Source: Eledone cirrhosa | Lineage: Eukaryota | Reading direction: 5' to 3' | DNA: 64,000 bases | Assembly (NCBI GenBank): GCA_964016885.1 | Contig: OZ024740.1 | Coordinates: forward strand, 9,300,001-9,364,000 | The notes under the pieces: generated by a model | What the model was told of the DNA's origin: nothing | What the model saw: only the letters and a program-made list of their open reading frames with translations | Database searches by the model: none | Program-made: the position numbers and the translations under genes | In this document: piece after piece, positions 13,801 through 25,700 of the stretch | Position numbering within the stretch: the stretch's first letter is position 1 | Layout: each line of letters begins with the position of its first letter

Positions 13801-16800
13801 CAGTTTCTATTGGTATATCAGTTCCGATTGGTATATCAGTTTCGATTGGTATGTCAGTTTCTATTGGTATATCAGTTTCGATTGATATATCAGTTTCAAT
13901 TAATATGTCAGTTTCTATTGGTATGTCAGTTTCGATTAGTATATCAGTTTCTATTGGTATGTCAGTTTCGATTAGTATGTCAGTTTCTATTGGTATATAA
14001 GTTTTGATTGGTATATCAGTTTTGATTGGTATATCAGTTTCGAGTGGTATGACAGTTTCTATTGGTATGTCAGTTTCTATTGGTATGTCAGTTTCGATTG
14101 GTATGTCAGTTTTATTGGTATGTCAATTTCGATTCGTATATCAGTTTCAATTAGTATGTCAGTTTTATTGGTATGTCAATTTCGATTGGTATATCAGTTT
14201 CGATTGGTATGTCAGTTTCTATTGGTATATCAGTTTATATTTGTATGTCTGTTTCGATTGGTATGTCAGTTTCTATTGGTATATAAGTTTTGATTGGTAT
14301 GTTAGTTTCTATTAGTATGTCAGGTCCGATTGGTATGTTTGTCCTCGATTCGTATGTCAGTTTCTATTGGTATATCAATTTCGATTGGTATGTCAGTTTC
14401 TATTGGTATATCAGTTTCTATTGGTATGTCAGTTTCTATTGGTATATCAGTTTCGATTGGTATGTCACTTTCGATTAGTATATCAGTTTCTATTGGTATG
14501 TCAGTTTCTATTGGTATATCAATTTCGATTGGTATATCAGTTTCGATTAGTATGTCAGTTTCGATTCTTATGTCAGTTTCGATTGGTATGTCAGTTTCGA
14601 TTGGTATGTCAGTTTCTATTAGTACGTCAGTTTCTATTGGTATATCAGTTTCTATTGGTGTGTCAGTTTTGATTGGTATGTCAGTTTCTATTGGTATATC
14701 AGTTTCGATTGGTATATCAGTTTCTATTGGTATATCAGTTCCGATTGGTATATCAGTTTCGATTGGTATGTCAGTTTCGATTACTATATCAGTTTCTATT
14801 CGTATGTCAGTTTTGATTGGTTTGTCAGTTTCTATTGGTATATCAGTTTCGATGGTATATCAGTTTCTATTGTTATATCAGTTCCGATTGGTATATCAGT
14901 TTCGATTGGTATATCAGTTTCTATTGGTATATCAGTTCCGATTGGTATATCAGTTTCGATTGGTATGTCAGTTTCTATTGGTATATCAGTTTCGATTGAT
15001 ATATCAGTTTCGATTAATATGTCAGTTTCTATTGGTATGTCAGTTTCGATTAGTATACCAGTTTCTATTGGTATGTCAGTTTCGATTGGTATGTCAGTTT
15101 CTATTGGTATATTAGTTTCGATTGGTATATCAGTTTCGATTGGTATGACAGTTTCTATTGGTATGTCAGTTTCTATTGGTATGTCAGTTTCGATTGGTAT
15201 GTCAGTTTTATTGTTATGTCAATTTCGATTGGTATATCAGTTTCGATTGGTATGTCAGTTTCTATTCGTATATCAGTTTATATTTGTATGTCTGTTTCGA
15301 TTGGTATGTCAGTTTCTATTGGTATATCAGTTTTGATTGGTATGTTAGTTTCTATTGGTATGTCAGGTCCGATTGGAATGTTAGTCCTCGATTCGTATGT
15401 CAGTTTCTATTGGTATATCAATTTCGATTGGTATGTCAGTTTCTATTGGTCTGTCAGTTTCTATTGGTATATCAGTTACGATTGGTATGTCAGTTTCGAT
15501 TAGTATATCAGTTTCTATTGGTATGTCAGTTTCTATTGGTATATCAATTTCGATTGGTATATCAGTTTCGATTAGTATGTCAGTTTCGATTCGTATGTCA
15601 GTTTCGATTGGTATGTCAGTTTTGATTGGTATGTCAGTTTCGATTTGTATGTCAATTTCGATTGGTATGACAGTTTTTATTGGTATGTCAATTTCTATTA
15701 GTATATCAGTTTCGATTGGTATATCAGTTTCTATTGGTATATCAGTTCCGATTGGTATATCAGTTTCGATTTGTATGTCTGTTTCGATTAGTATATCAGT
15801 TTCTATTGGTATGTCAGTTATGATTGGTATGTGAGTTTCTATTGGTATATCAGTTTCTATTGGTATATCAGTTTCTATTGTTATATGAGTTCCGATTGGT
15901 ATATCAGTTTCGATTGGTATATCAGTTTCTATTGGTATATCAGTTCCGATTGGTATATCAGTTTCGATTGGTATGTCAGTTTCTATTGTTATGTTAGTCC
16001 TCGATTTGTATGTCAGTTTCTATTGGTATATCAATTTCGATTGGTATGTCAATTTCTATCGGTATGTCAGTTTCTATTGGTAAATCAATTTCGATTGGTA
16101 TGTCAGTTTTGATTTGTATATCAGTTTCGATTCGTATGTCAGTTTCGATTGGTATGTCAGTTTCGATTGGTGTGTCAGTTTCGATTTGTATGTCAGTTTC
16201 AATAGGTATATCAGTTTCGATTCGTATGTCAGTTTCTATTGGTATATCGGTTTCCATTGGTATATCAGTTTCAATTGGTATGTCATTTTCTATTTGTATA
16301 TCAGTTTCTATTAGTATGTCAGTTTCTATTGGTAAGTCAGTTTCGATTAGTATATCAGTTTCTATTGGTATGTCAGTTTCGATTGGTATGACAGTTTCTA
16401 TTGGTATATCAGTTTCGATTGGTATATCAGTTTCGATTGGTATATCAGTTTCGATTGGTATGTCAGTTTCTATTGGTATGTCAGTTTTTATTGGTATGTC
16501 AGTTTCAATTGGTATATCAGTTTCGATTGGTATATCAGTTTTGATTAGTATATCAGTTTCGATTGATATGTCAGTTTCTATTGGTATGTCAGTTTTTATT
16601 GGTATGTCAATTTCGAATGGTATATCAGTTTCGATTGGTATGTCAGATTCTATTGGTATATCAGTTTATATTTGTATGTCAGTTTCGATTGGTATGTCAG
16701 TTTTTATTGGTATATCAGTTTTGATTCGTATGTTAGTTTCTATTGGTATGTCAGTTCCGATTGGTATGTTAGTCCTCGATTCGTATGTCAGTTTCTATTG

Positions 16801-19380
16801 GTATTTCAATTTCGATTGGTATGTCAGTTTCTATTGGTATGTCAGTTCCTATTGGTATATCAGTTTCGATTGGTATGTCACTTTCGATTAGTATATCAGT
16901 TTCTATTGGTATGTCAGTTTCTATTGGTATATCAGTTTCGATTGGTATGTCAGTTTCGATTGGTATGTCAGTTTCTATTAGTATGTCAGTTTCTATTGGT
17001 ATATCAGTTTCTATTGGTATGTCAGTTTTGATTAGTATGTCAGTTTCTATTGGTATATCAGTTTCGATTGGTATATCAGTTTCTATTGGTATATCAGTTC
17101 CGATTGGTATATCAGTTTCAATTTGTATGTCAATTTCGATTAGTATATCAGTTTCTATTGGTATGTCAGTTATGATTGGTATGTCAGTTTCTATTGGTAT
17201 ATCAGTTTCTATTGGTATATCAGTTTCTATTGGTATGTCAGTTTCTATTGTTATGTTAGTCCTCGATTTGTATGTCAGTTTCTATTGGTATATCAATTTC
17301 GATTGGTATATCAGTTTCGATTGGTATGTCAGTTTCTATTGGTATGTCAGTTTTTATTGGTATGGCGGTTTCAATTGGTATATCAGTTTTTATAGGTATG
17401 TCAGTTTTATTGTTATGTCAATTTCGATTGTGATATCAGTTTCGATTGGTATGTCAGTTTCTATTGGTATATCAGTTTCGATTGGTATATCAGTTTCTAT
17501 TGGTATATCAGTTTCGATTGGTATGTCAGTTTCGATTACTATATCAGTTTCTATTGGTATGTCAGTTTTGATTTGTTTGTTAGTTTCTATTGGTATATCA
17601 GTTTCGATTGGTATATCAGTTTCTATTGTTATATCAGTTCCGATTGGTATATCAGTTTCGATTGGTATATCAGTTTCTATTGGTATATCAGTTCCGATTG
17701 GTATATCAGTTTCGATTGGTATGTCAGTTTCTATTGGTATATCAGTTTCGATTGATATATCAGTTTCAATTAATATGTCAGTTTCTATTGGTATGTCAGT
17801 TTCGATTAGTATATCAGTTTCTATTGGTATGTCAGTTTCGATTAGTATGTCAGTTTCTATTGGTATATAAGTTTTGATTGGTATATCAGTTTTGATTGGT
17901 ATATCAGTTTTGATTGGTATGACAGTTTCTATTGGTATGTCAGTTTCTATTGGTATGTCAGTTTCAATTAGTATGTCAGTTTTATTGGTATGTCAATTTC
18001 GATTGGTATATCAGTTTCGATTGGTATGTCAGTTTCTATTGGTATATCAGTTTATATTTGTATGTCTGTTTCGATTGGTATGTCAGTTTCTATTGGTATA
18101 TAAGTTTTGATTGGTATGTGAGTTTCTATTGGTATATCAGTTTCTATTGGTATATCAGTTTCTATTGTTATATGAGTTCCGATTGGTATATCAGTTTCGA
18201 TTGGTATATCAGTTTCTATTGGTATATCAGTTCCGATTGGTATATCAGTTTCGATTGGTATGTCAGTTTCTATTGTTATGTTAGTCCTCGATTTGTATGT
18301 CAGTTTCTATTGGTATATCAATTTCGATTGGTATGTCAATTTCTATCGGTATGTCAGTTTCTATTGGTAAATCAATTTCGATTGGTATGTCAGTTTTGAT
18401 TTGTATATCAGTTTCGATTCGTATGTCAGTTTCGATTGGTATGTCAGTTTCGATTGGTGTGTCAGTTTCGATTTGTATGTCAGTTTCAATAGGTATATCA
18501 GTTTCGATTCGTATGTCAGTTTCTATTGGTATATCGGTTTCCATTGGTATATCAGTTTCAATTGGTATGTCATTTTCTATTTGTATATCAGTTTCTATTA
18601 GTATGTCAGTTTCTATTGGTAAGTCAGTTTCGATTAGTATATCAGTTTCTATTGGTATGTCAGTTTCGATTGGTATGACAGTTTCTATTGGTATATCAGT
18701 TTCGATTGGTATATCAGTTTCGATTGGTATATCAGTTTCGATTGGTATGTCAGTTTCTATTGGTATGTCAGTTTTTATTGGTATGTCAGTTTCAATTGGT
18801 ATATCAGTTTCGATTGGTATATCAGTTTTGATTAGTATATCAGTTTCGATTGATATGTCAGTTTCTATTGGTATGTCAGTTTTTATTGGTATGTCAGTTT
18901 CAATTGGTATATCAGTTTTGACTGGTATGTCAGTTTTATTGGTATGTCAATTTCGAATGGTATATCAGTTTCGATTGGTATGTCAGTTTCTATTGGTATA
19001 TCAGTTTATATTTGTATGTCAGTTTCGATTGGTATGTCAGTTTTTATTGGTATATCAGTTTTGATTCGTATGTTAGTTTCTATTGGTATGTCAGTTCCGA
19101 TTGGTATGTTAGTCCTCGATTCGTATATCAGTTTCTATTGGTATTTCAATTTCGATTGGTATGTCAGTTTCTATTGGTATGTCAGTTCCTATTGGTATAT
19201 CAGTTTCGATTGGTATGTCACTTTCGATTAGTATATCAGTTTCTATTGGTATGTCAGTTTCTATTGGTATATCAATTTCGATTGGTATATAAGTTTATAT
19301 TAGTATGTCAGTCTCGATTCTTACGTCAGTTTCGATTGGTATGTCAGTTTCGATTGGTATGTCAGTTTCTATTAGTATGT
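7896..19380. repeat. 18-bp satellite array, segment 2 (domain A)
   Basis: Same monomer and same diagnostic variants as segment 1 (GTTCCG, ATTCTTATG, TCACTTTCG, 17-bp CGATGGTAT). Confidence 0.99.
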
Positions 19381-19389
19381 GGAGGCACA

Positions 19390-19445
19390 TGGCTTAGTGG
19401 TTAGAGCATTGGCCTTGCAATCGAAAGGTTGTGAGTTCAATTCTC
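19390..19445 (+). promoter_or_regulatory. Internal RNA Pol III promoter of the SINE (box A and box B)
   Basis: Box A TGGCTTAGTGG at 19390-19400 fits TRGCNNAGYGG. Box B-like GAGTTCAATTCTC at 19433-19445. Spacing is tRNA-like. Confidence 0.85.
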
Positions 19446-19496
19446 AGACTGGGTGATGTGTTGTTTCAATTCTCAGACTGGGTGATGTGTTGTTTC
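19436..19496 (+). repeat. Exact 29-bp tandem duplication inside the SINE
   Basis: TTCAATTCTCAGACTGGGTGATGTGTTGT at 19436-19464 and 19465-19493, followed by TTC. Confidence 0.95.
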
Positions 19497-19757
19497 CTTG
19501 AGCAAGACACTTTATTTCACATTGCTCCAGTTTACTCAGCTGTAGAAATGAGATGATTGGGACTGGGGTCCCTATCATTCCACTGTAAAGTGGTCGTGGA
19601 GGTGCCACGGCAAAAAAAGCACCCAGCACTCACTGTAAATGAGTTTGGTGTTAGGAAGGGCATCCAGCTGTAGAAATCAAGCCAGAATCAGTTCCCGTCC
19701 CACCCTTGCAAGCAGGGAAAAGTGGACGTAAAATGAAATGATGATGAAATGATGATG

Positions 19758-22700
19758 ATGTCAGTTTCTATTGGTATATCAGTTTCTATTGGTATGTCAG
19801 TTTTGATTAGTATGTCAGTTTCTATTGGTATATCAGTTTCGATTGGTATATCAGTTTCTATTGGTATATCAGTTCCGATTGGTATATCAGTTTCAATTTG
19901 TATGTCAATTTCGATTAGTATATCAGTTTCTATTGGTATGTCAGTTATGATTGGTATGTCAGTTTCTATTGGTATATCAGTTTCTATTGGTATATCAGTT
20001 TCTATTGGTATGTCAGTTTCTATTGTTATGTTAGTCCTCGATTTGTATGTCAGTTTCTATTGGTATATCAATTTCGATTGGTATATCAGTTTCGATTGGT
20101 ATGTCAGTTTCTATTGGTATGTCAGTTTTTATTGGTATGGCGGTTTCAATTGGTATATCAGTTTTTATAGGTATGTCAGTTTTATTGGTATGTCAATTTC
20201 GATTGTGATATCAGTTTCGATTGGTATGTCAGTTTCTATTGGTATATCAGTTTCGATTGGTATATCAGTTTCTATTGGTATATCAGTTTCGATTGGTATG
20301 TCAGTTTCGATTACTATATCAGTTTCTATTGGTATGTCAGTTTTGATTTGTTTGTTAGTTTCTATTGGTATATCAGTTTCGATTGGTATATCAGTTTCTA
20401 TTGTTATATCAGTTCCGATTGGTATATCAGTTTCGATTGGTATATCAGTTTCTATTGGTATATCAGTTCCGATTGGTATATCAGTTTCGATTGGTATGTC
20501 AGTTTCGATTAGTATGTCAGTTTCTATTGGTATATAAGTTTTGATTGGTATATCAGTTTTGATTGGTATATCAGTTTTGATTGGTATGACAGTTTCTATT
20601 GGTATGTCAGTTTCTATTGGTATGTCAGTTTCGATTGGTATGTCAGTTTTATTGGTATGTCAATTTCGATTCGTATATCAGTTTCAATTAGTATGTCAGT
20701 TTTATTGGTATGTCAATTTCGATTGGTATATCAGTTTCGATTGGTATGTCAGTTTCTATTGGTATATCAGTTTATATTTGTATGTCTGTTTCGATTGGTA
20801 TGTCAGTTTCTATTGGTATATAAGTTTTGATTGGTATGTTAGTTTCTATTGGTATGTCAGGTCCGATTGGTATGTTTGTCCTCGATTTGTATGTCAGTTT
20901 CTATTGGTATATCAATTTCGATTGGTATGTCAGTTTCTATTGGTATGTCAGTTTCTATTGGTATGTCAGTTTCAATTGGTATATCAGTTTAGATTGGTAT
21001 GTCCGTTTTATTGGTATGTCAATTTCGATTGGTATATAAGTTTCGATTGGTTTGTCAGTTTCTATTGGTATATCAGTTTATATTTGTATGTCAGTTTCGA
21101 TTGGTATGTCAGTTTCTATTGGTATATCAGTTTTGATTGGTATGTTAGTTTCTATTGGTATGTCAGTTCCGATTGGTATGTTAGTCCTCGATTCGTATGT
21201 CAGTTTCTATTGGTATATCAATTTTGATTGGTATGTCAGTTTCTATTGGTATATCAATTTCAATTGGTATGTCAGTTTCTATTGGTATGTCAGTTTCTAT
21301 TGGTATATCAGTTTCGATTGGTATGTCACTTTCGATTAGTATATCAGTTTCTATTGGTATGTCAGTTTCTATTGGTATATCAATTTCGATTGGTATATCA
21401 GTTTCGATTAGTATGTCAGTTTCGATTCTTATGTCAGTTTCGATTGGTATGTCAGTTTCGATTGGTATGTCAGTTTCTATTAGTACGTCAGTTTCTATTG
21501 GTATATCAGTTTCTATTGGTGTGTCAGTTTTGATTGGTATGTCAGTTTCTATTGGTATATCAGTTTCGATTGGCATATCAGTTTCTATTGGTATATCAGT
21601 TCCGATTGGTATATCAGTTTCGATTGGTATGTCAGTTTCGATTACTATATCAGTTTCTATTCGTATGTCAGTTTTGATTGGTTTGTCAGTTTCTATTGGT
21701 ATATCAGTTTCGATGGTATATCAGTTTCTATTGTTATATCAGTTCCGATTGGTATATCAGTTTCGATTGGTATATCAGTTTCTATTGGTATATCAGTTCC
21801 GATTGGTATATCAGTTTCGATTGGTATGTCAGTTTCTATTGGTATATCAGTTTCGATTGATATATCAGTTTCGATTAATATGTCAGTTTCTATTGGTATG
21901 TCAGTTTCGATTAGTATACCAGTTTCTATTGGTATGTCAGTTTCGATTGGTATGTCAGTTTCTATTGGTATATCAGTTTCGATTGGTATATCAGTTTCGA
22001 TTGGTATGACAGTTTCTATTGGTATGTCAGTTTCAATTGGTATATCAGTTTTGATTGGTATGTCAGTTTTATTGGTATATCAGTTTATATTTGTATGTCA
22101 GTTTCGATTGGTATGTCAGTTTCTATTGGTATATCAGTTTTGATTTGTATGTTAGTTTCTATTGGTATGTCAGTTTCTATTGGTATATCAGTTTCTATTG
22201 GTATGTCAGTTTCTATTGGTATATCAGTTTCTATTGGTATGTCAGTTTCTATTGGTATATCAATTTCGATTGGTATATCAGTTTCGATTGGTATGTCAGT
22301 TTCTATTGGTATGTCAGTTTTTATTGGTATGGCTGTTTCAATTGGTATATCAGTTTTGATTGGTATGTCAGTTTTATTGGTATGTCAATTTCGATTGTGA
22401 TATCAGTTTCGATTGGTATGTCAGTTTCTATTGGTATATCAGTTTCGATTGGTATATAAGTTTCTATTGGTATATCAGTTTCGATTGGTATGTCAGTTTC
22501 GATTACTATATCAGTCTCTATTGGTATGTCAGTTTTGATTGGTTTGTTAGTTTCTATTGGTATATCTGTTTCGATTGGTATATCAGTTTCTATTGTTATA
22601 TCAGTTCCGATTGGTATATCAGTTTCGATTGGTATATCAGTTTCTATTGGTATATCAGTTCCGATTGGTATGTCAGTTTCGATTGTTATGACAGTTTCTA

Positions 22701-25700
22701 TTGGTATATCAGTTTCGATTGGTATATCAGTTTCGATTAATATGTCAGTTTCTATTGGTATGTCAGTTTCGATTAGTATACCAGTTTCGATTGGTATGTC
22801 AGTTTCTATTGGTATATCAGTTTATATTTGTATGTCAGTTTCGATTGGTATGTCAGTTTCTATTGGTATATCAGTTTTGATTCGTATGTTAGTTTCTATT
22901 GGTATGTCAGTTCCGATTGGTATGTTAGTCCTCGATTCGTATGTCAGTTTCTATTGGTATTTCAATTTCGATTGGTATGTCAGTTTCTATTGGTATGTCA
23001 GTTCCTATTGGTATATCAGTTTCGATTGGTATGTCACTTTCGATTAGTATATCAGTTTCTATTGGTATGTCAGTTTCTATTGGTATATCAATTTCGATTG
23101 GTATATCAGTTTCGATTAGTATGTCAGTTTCGATTCTTATGTCAATTTCGATTGGTATGTCAGTTTCGATTGGTATGTCAGTTTCTATTAGTATGTCAGT
23201 TTCTATTGGTATATCAGTTTCTATTGGTATGTCAGTTTTGATTAGTATGTCAGTTTCTATTGGTATATCAGTTTCGATTGGTATATCAGTTTCTATTGGT
23301 ATATCAGTTCCGATTGGTATATCAGTTTCGATTTGTATGTCAATTTCGAGTAGTATATCAGTTTCTATTGGTATGTCAGTTATGATTGGTATGTCAGTTT
23401 CTATTGGTATATCAGTTTCTATTGGTATATCAGTTTCTATTGGTATGTCAGTTTCTATTGTTATCTTAGTCCTCGATTTGTATGTCAGTTTCTATTGGTA
23501 TATCAATTTTGATTGGTATATCAGTTTCGATTGGTATGTCAGTTTCTATTGGTATGTCAGTTTTTATTGGTATGGCGGTTTCAATTGGTTTATCAGTTTT
23601 GATTGGTATGTCAGTTTTATTGGTATGTCAGTTTCTATTGGTATATCAATTTTGATTTGTATGTCAGTTTCTATTGGTATATCAATTTCAATTGGTATGT
23701 CAGTTTCTATTGGTATGTCAGTTTCTATTGGTATATCAGTTTCGATTGGTATGTCACTTTCGATTAGTATATCAGTTTCTATTGGTATGTCAGTTTCTAT
23801 TGGTATATCAATTTCGATTGGTATATCAGTTTCGATTAGTATGTCAGTTTCGATTCTTATGTCAGTTTCGATTGGTATGTCAGTTTCGATTGGTATGTCA
23901 GTTTCTATTAGTACGTCAGTTTCTATTGGTATATCAGTTTCTATTGGTGTGTCAGTTTTGATTGGTATGTCAGTTTCTATTGGTATATCAGTTTCTATTG
24001 GTATATCAGTTTCTATTGGTATGTCAGATTCTATTGTTATGTTAGTCCTCGATTTGTATGTCAGTTTCTATTGGTATATCAATTTCGATTGGTATATCAG
24101 TTTCGATTGGTATGTCAGTTTCTATTGGTATGTCAGTTTTTATTGGTATGGCGGTTTCAATTGGTTTATCAGTTTTGATTGGTATGTCAGTTTTATTGGT
24201 ATGTCAGTTTCTATTGGTATATCAGTTTATATTTGTATGTCAGTTTCGATTGGTATGTCAGTTTCGATTGGTATGTCAGTTTCTATTAGTACGTCAGTTT
24301 CTATTGGTATATCAGTTTCTATTGGTGTGTCAGTTTTGATTGGTATGTCAGTTTCTATTGGTATATCAGTTTCGATTGGTATATCAGTTTCTATTGGTAT
24401 ATCAGTTCCGATTGGTATATCAGTTTCGATTGGTATGTCAGTTTCGATTACTATATCAGTTTCTATTCGTATGTCAATTTTGATTGGTTTGTCAGTTTCT
24501 ATTGGTATATCAGTTTCGATGGTATATCAGTTTCTATTGTTATATCAGTTCCGATTGGTATATCAGTTTCGATTGGTATATCAGTTTCTATTGGTATATC
24601 AGTTCCGATTGGTATATCAGTTTCGATTGGTATGTCAGTTTCTATTGGTATATCAGTTTCGATTGATATATCAGTTTCGATTAATATGTCAGTTACTATT
24701 GGTATGTCAGTTTCGATTAGTATACCAGTTTCTATTGGTATGTCAGTTTCGATTGGTATGTCAGTTTCTATTGGTATATCAGTTTATATTTGTATGTCAG
24801 TTTCGATTAGTATGTCAGTTTCTATTGGTATATCAGTTTTGATTCGTATGTTAGTTTCTATTGGTATGTCAGTTCCGATTGGTATGTTAGTCCTTGATTC
24901 GTATGTCAGTGTCTATTGGTATATCAATTTCGATTGGTATGACAGTTTCTATTGGTATGTCAGTTCCTATTGGTATATCAGTTTCGATTTGTATGTCACT
25001 TTCGATTAGTATATCATTTTCTATTGGTATGTCAGTTTCTATTGGTATATCAGTTTCGATTGGTATATCAGTTTCTATTGGTATATCAGTTTCGATTGGT
25101 ATGTCAGTTTCGATTACTATATCAGTTTCTATTGGTATGTCAGTTTTGATTTGTTTGTTAGTTTCTATTGGTATATCAGTTTCGATTGTTATATCAGTTT
25201 CTATTGTTATATCAGTTCCGATTGGTGTATCAGTTTCGATTGGTATATCAGTTTCTATTGGTATATCAGTTCCGATTGGTATATCAGTTTCGATTCGTAT
25301 GTCAGTTTCTATTGGTATATCAGTTTCGATTGATATATCAGTTTCAATTAATATGTCAGTTTCTATTGGTATGTCAGTTTCGATTAGTATATCAGTTTCT
25401 ATTGGTATGTCAGTTTCGATTAGTATGTCAGTTTCTATTGGTATATAAGTTTTGATTGGTATATCAGTTTTGATTGGTATATCAGTTTTGATTGGTATGA
25501 CAGTTTCTATTGGTATGTCAGTTTCTATTGGTATGTCAGTTTCGATTGGTATGTCAGTTTTATTGGTATGTCAATTTCGATTCGTATATCAGTTTCAATT
25601 AGTATGTCAGTTTTATTGGTATGTCAATTTCGATTGGTATATCAGTTTCGATTGGTATGTCAGTTTCTATTGGTATATCAGTTTATATTTGTATGTCTGT

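Larger units (their letters stand above)
19381..19757 (+). mobile_element. tRNA-derived CORE-type SINE with RTE-related 3' end (~380 bp)
   Basis: tRNA-like head with Pol III boxes. Central CCTTGAGCAAGACACTT...CAGTTTACTCAGCTGTAGAAATG resembles the MIR/CORE domain. 19580-19757 aligns to the LINE 3' UTR. (ATG)n-type tail. ATGT duplicated at 19377-19380 and 19758-19761. Confidence 0.93.

Noticed and set aside
19381-19455. Functional tRNA gene
   Set aside because: A and B boxes are present but there is no convincing acceptor stem or cloverleaf, and the sequence continues into CORE and LINE-derived parts. It is a SINE head.
19594-19650. Superficial likeness of CGTGG-loop-CCACG plus A-rich linker to pistol ribozyme P1/pseudoknot
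   Set aside because: No P2 stem or conserved cleavage-site context is identifiable. Kept only as a generic pseudoknot candidate.
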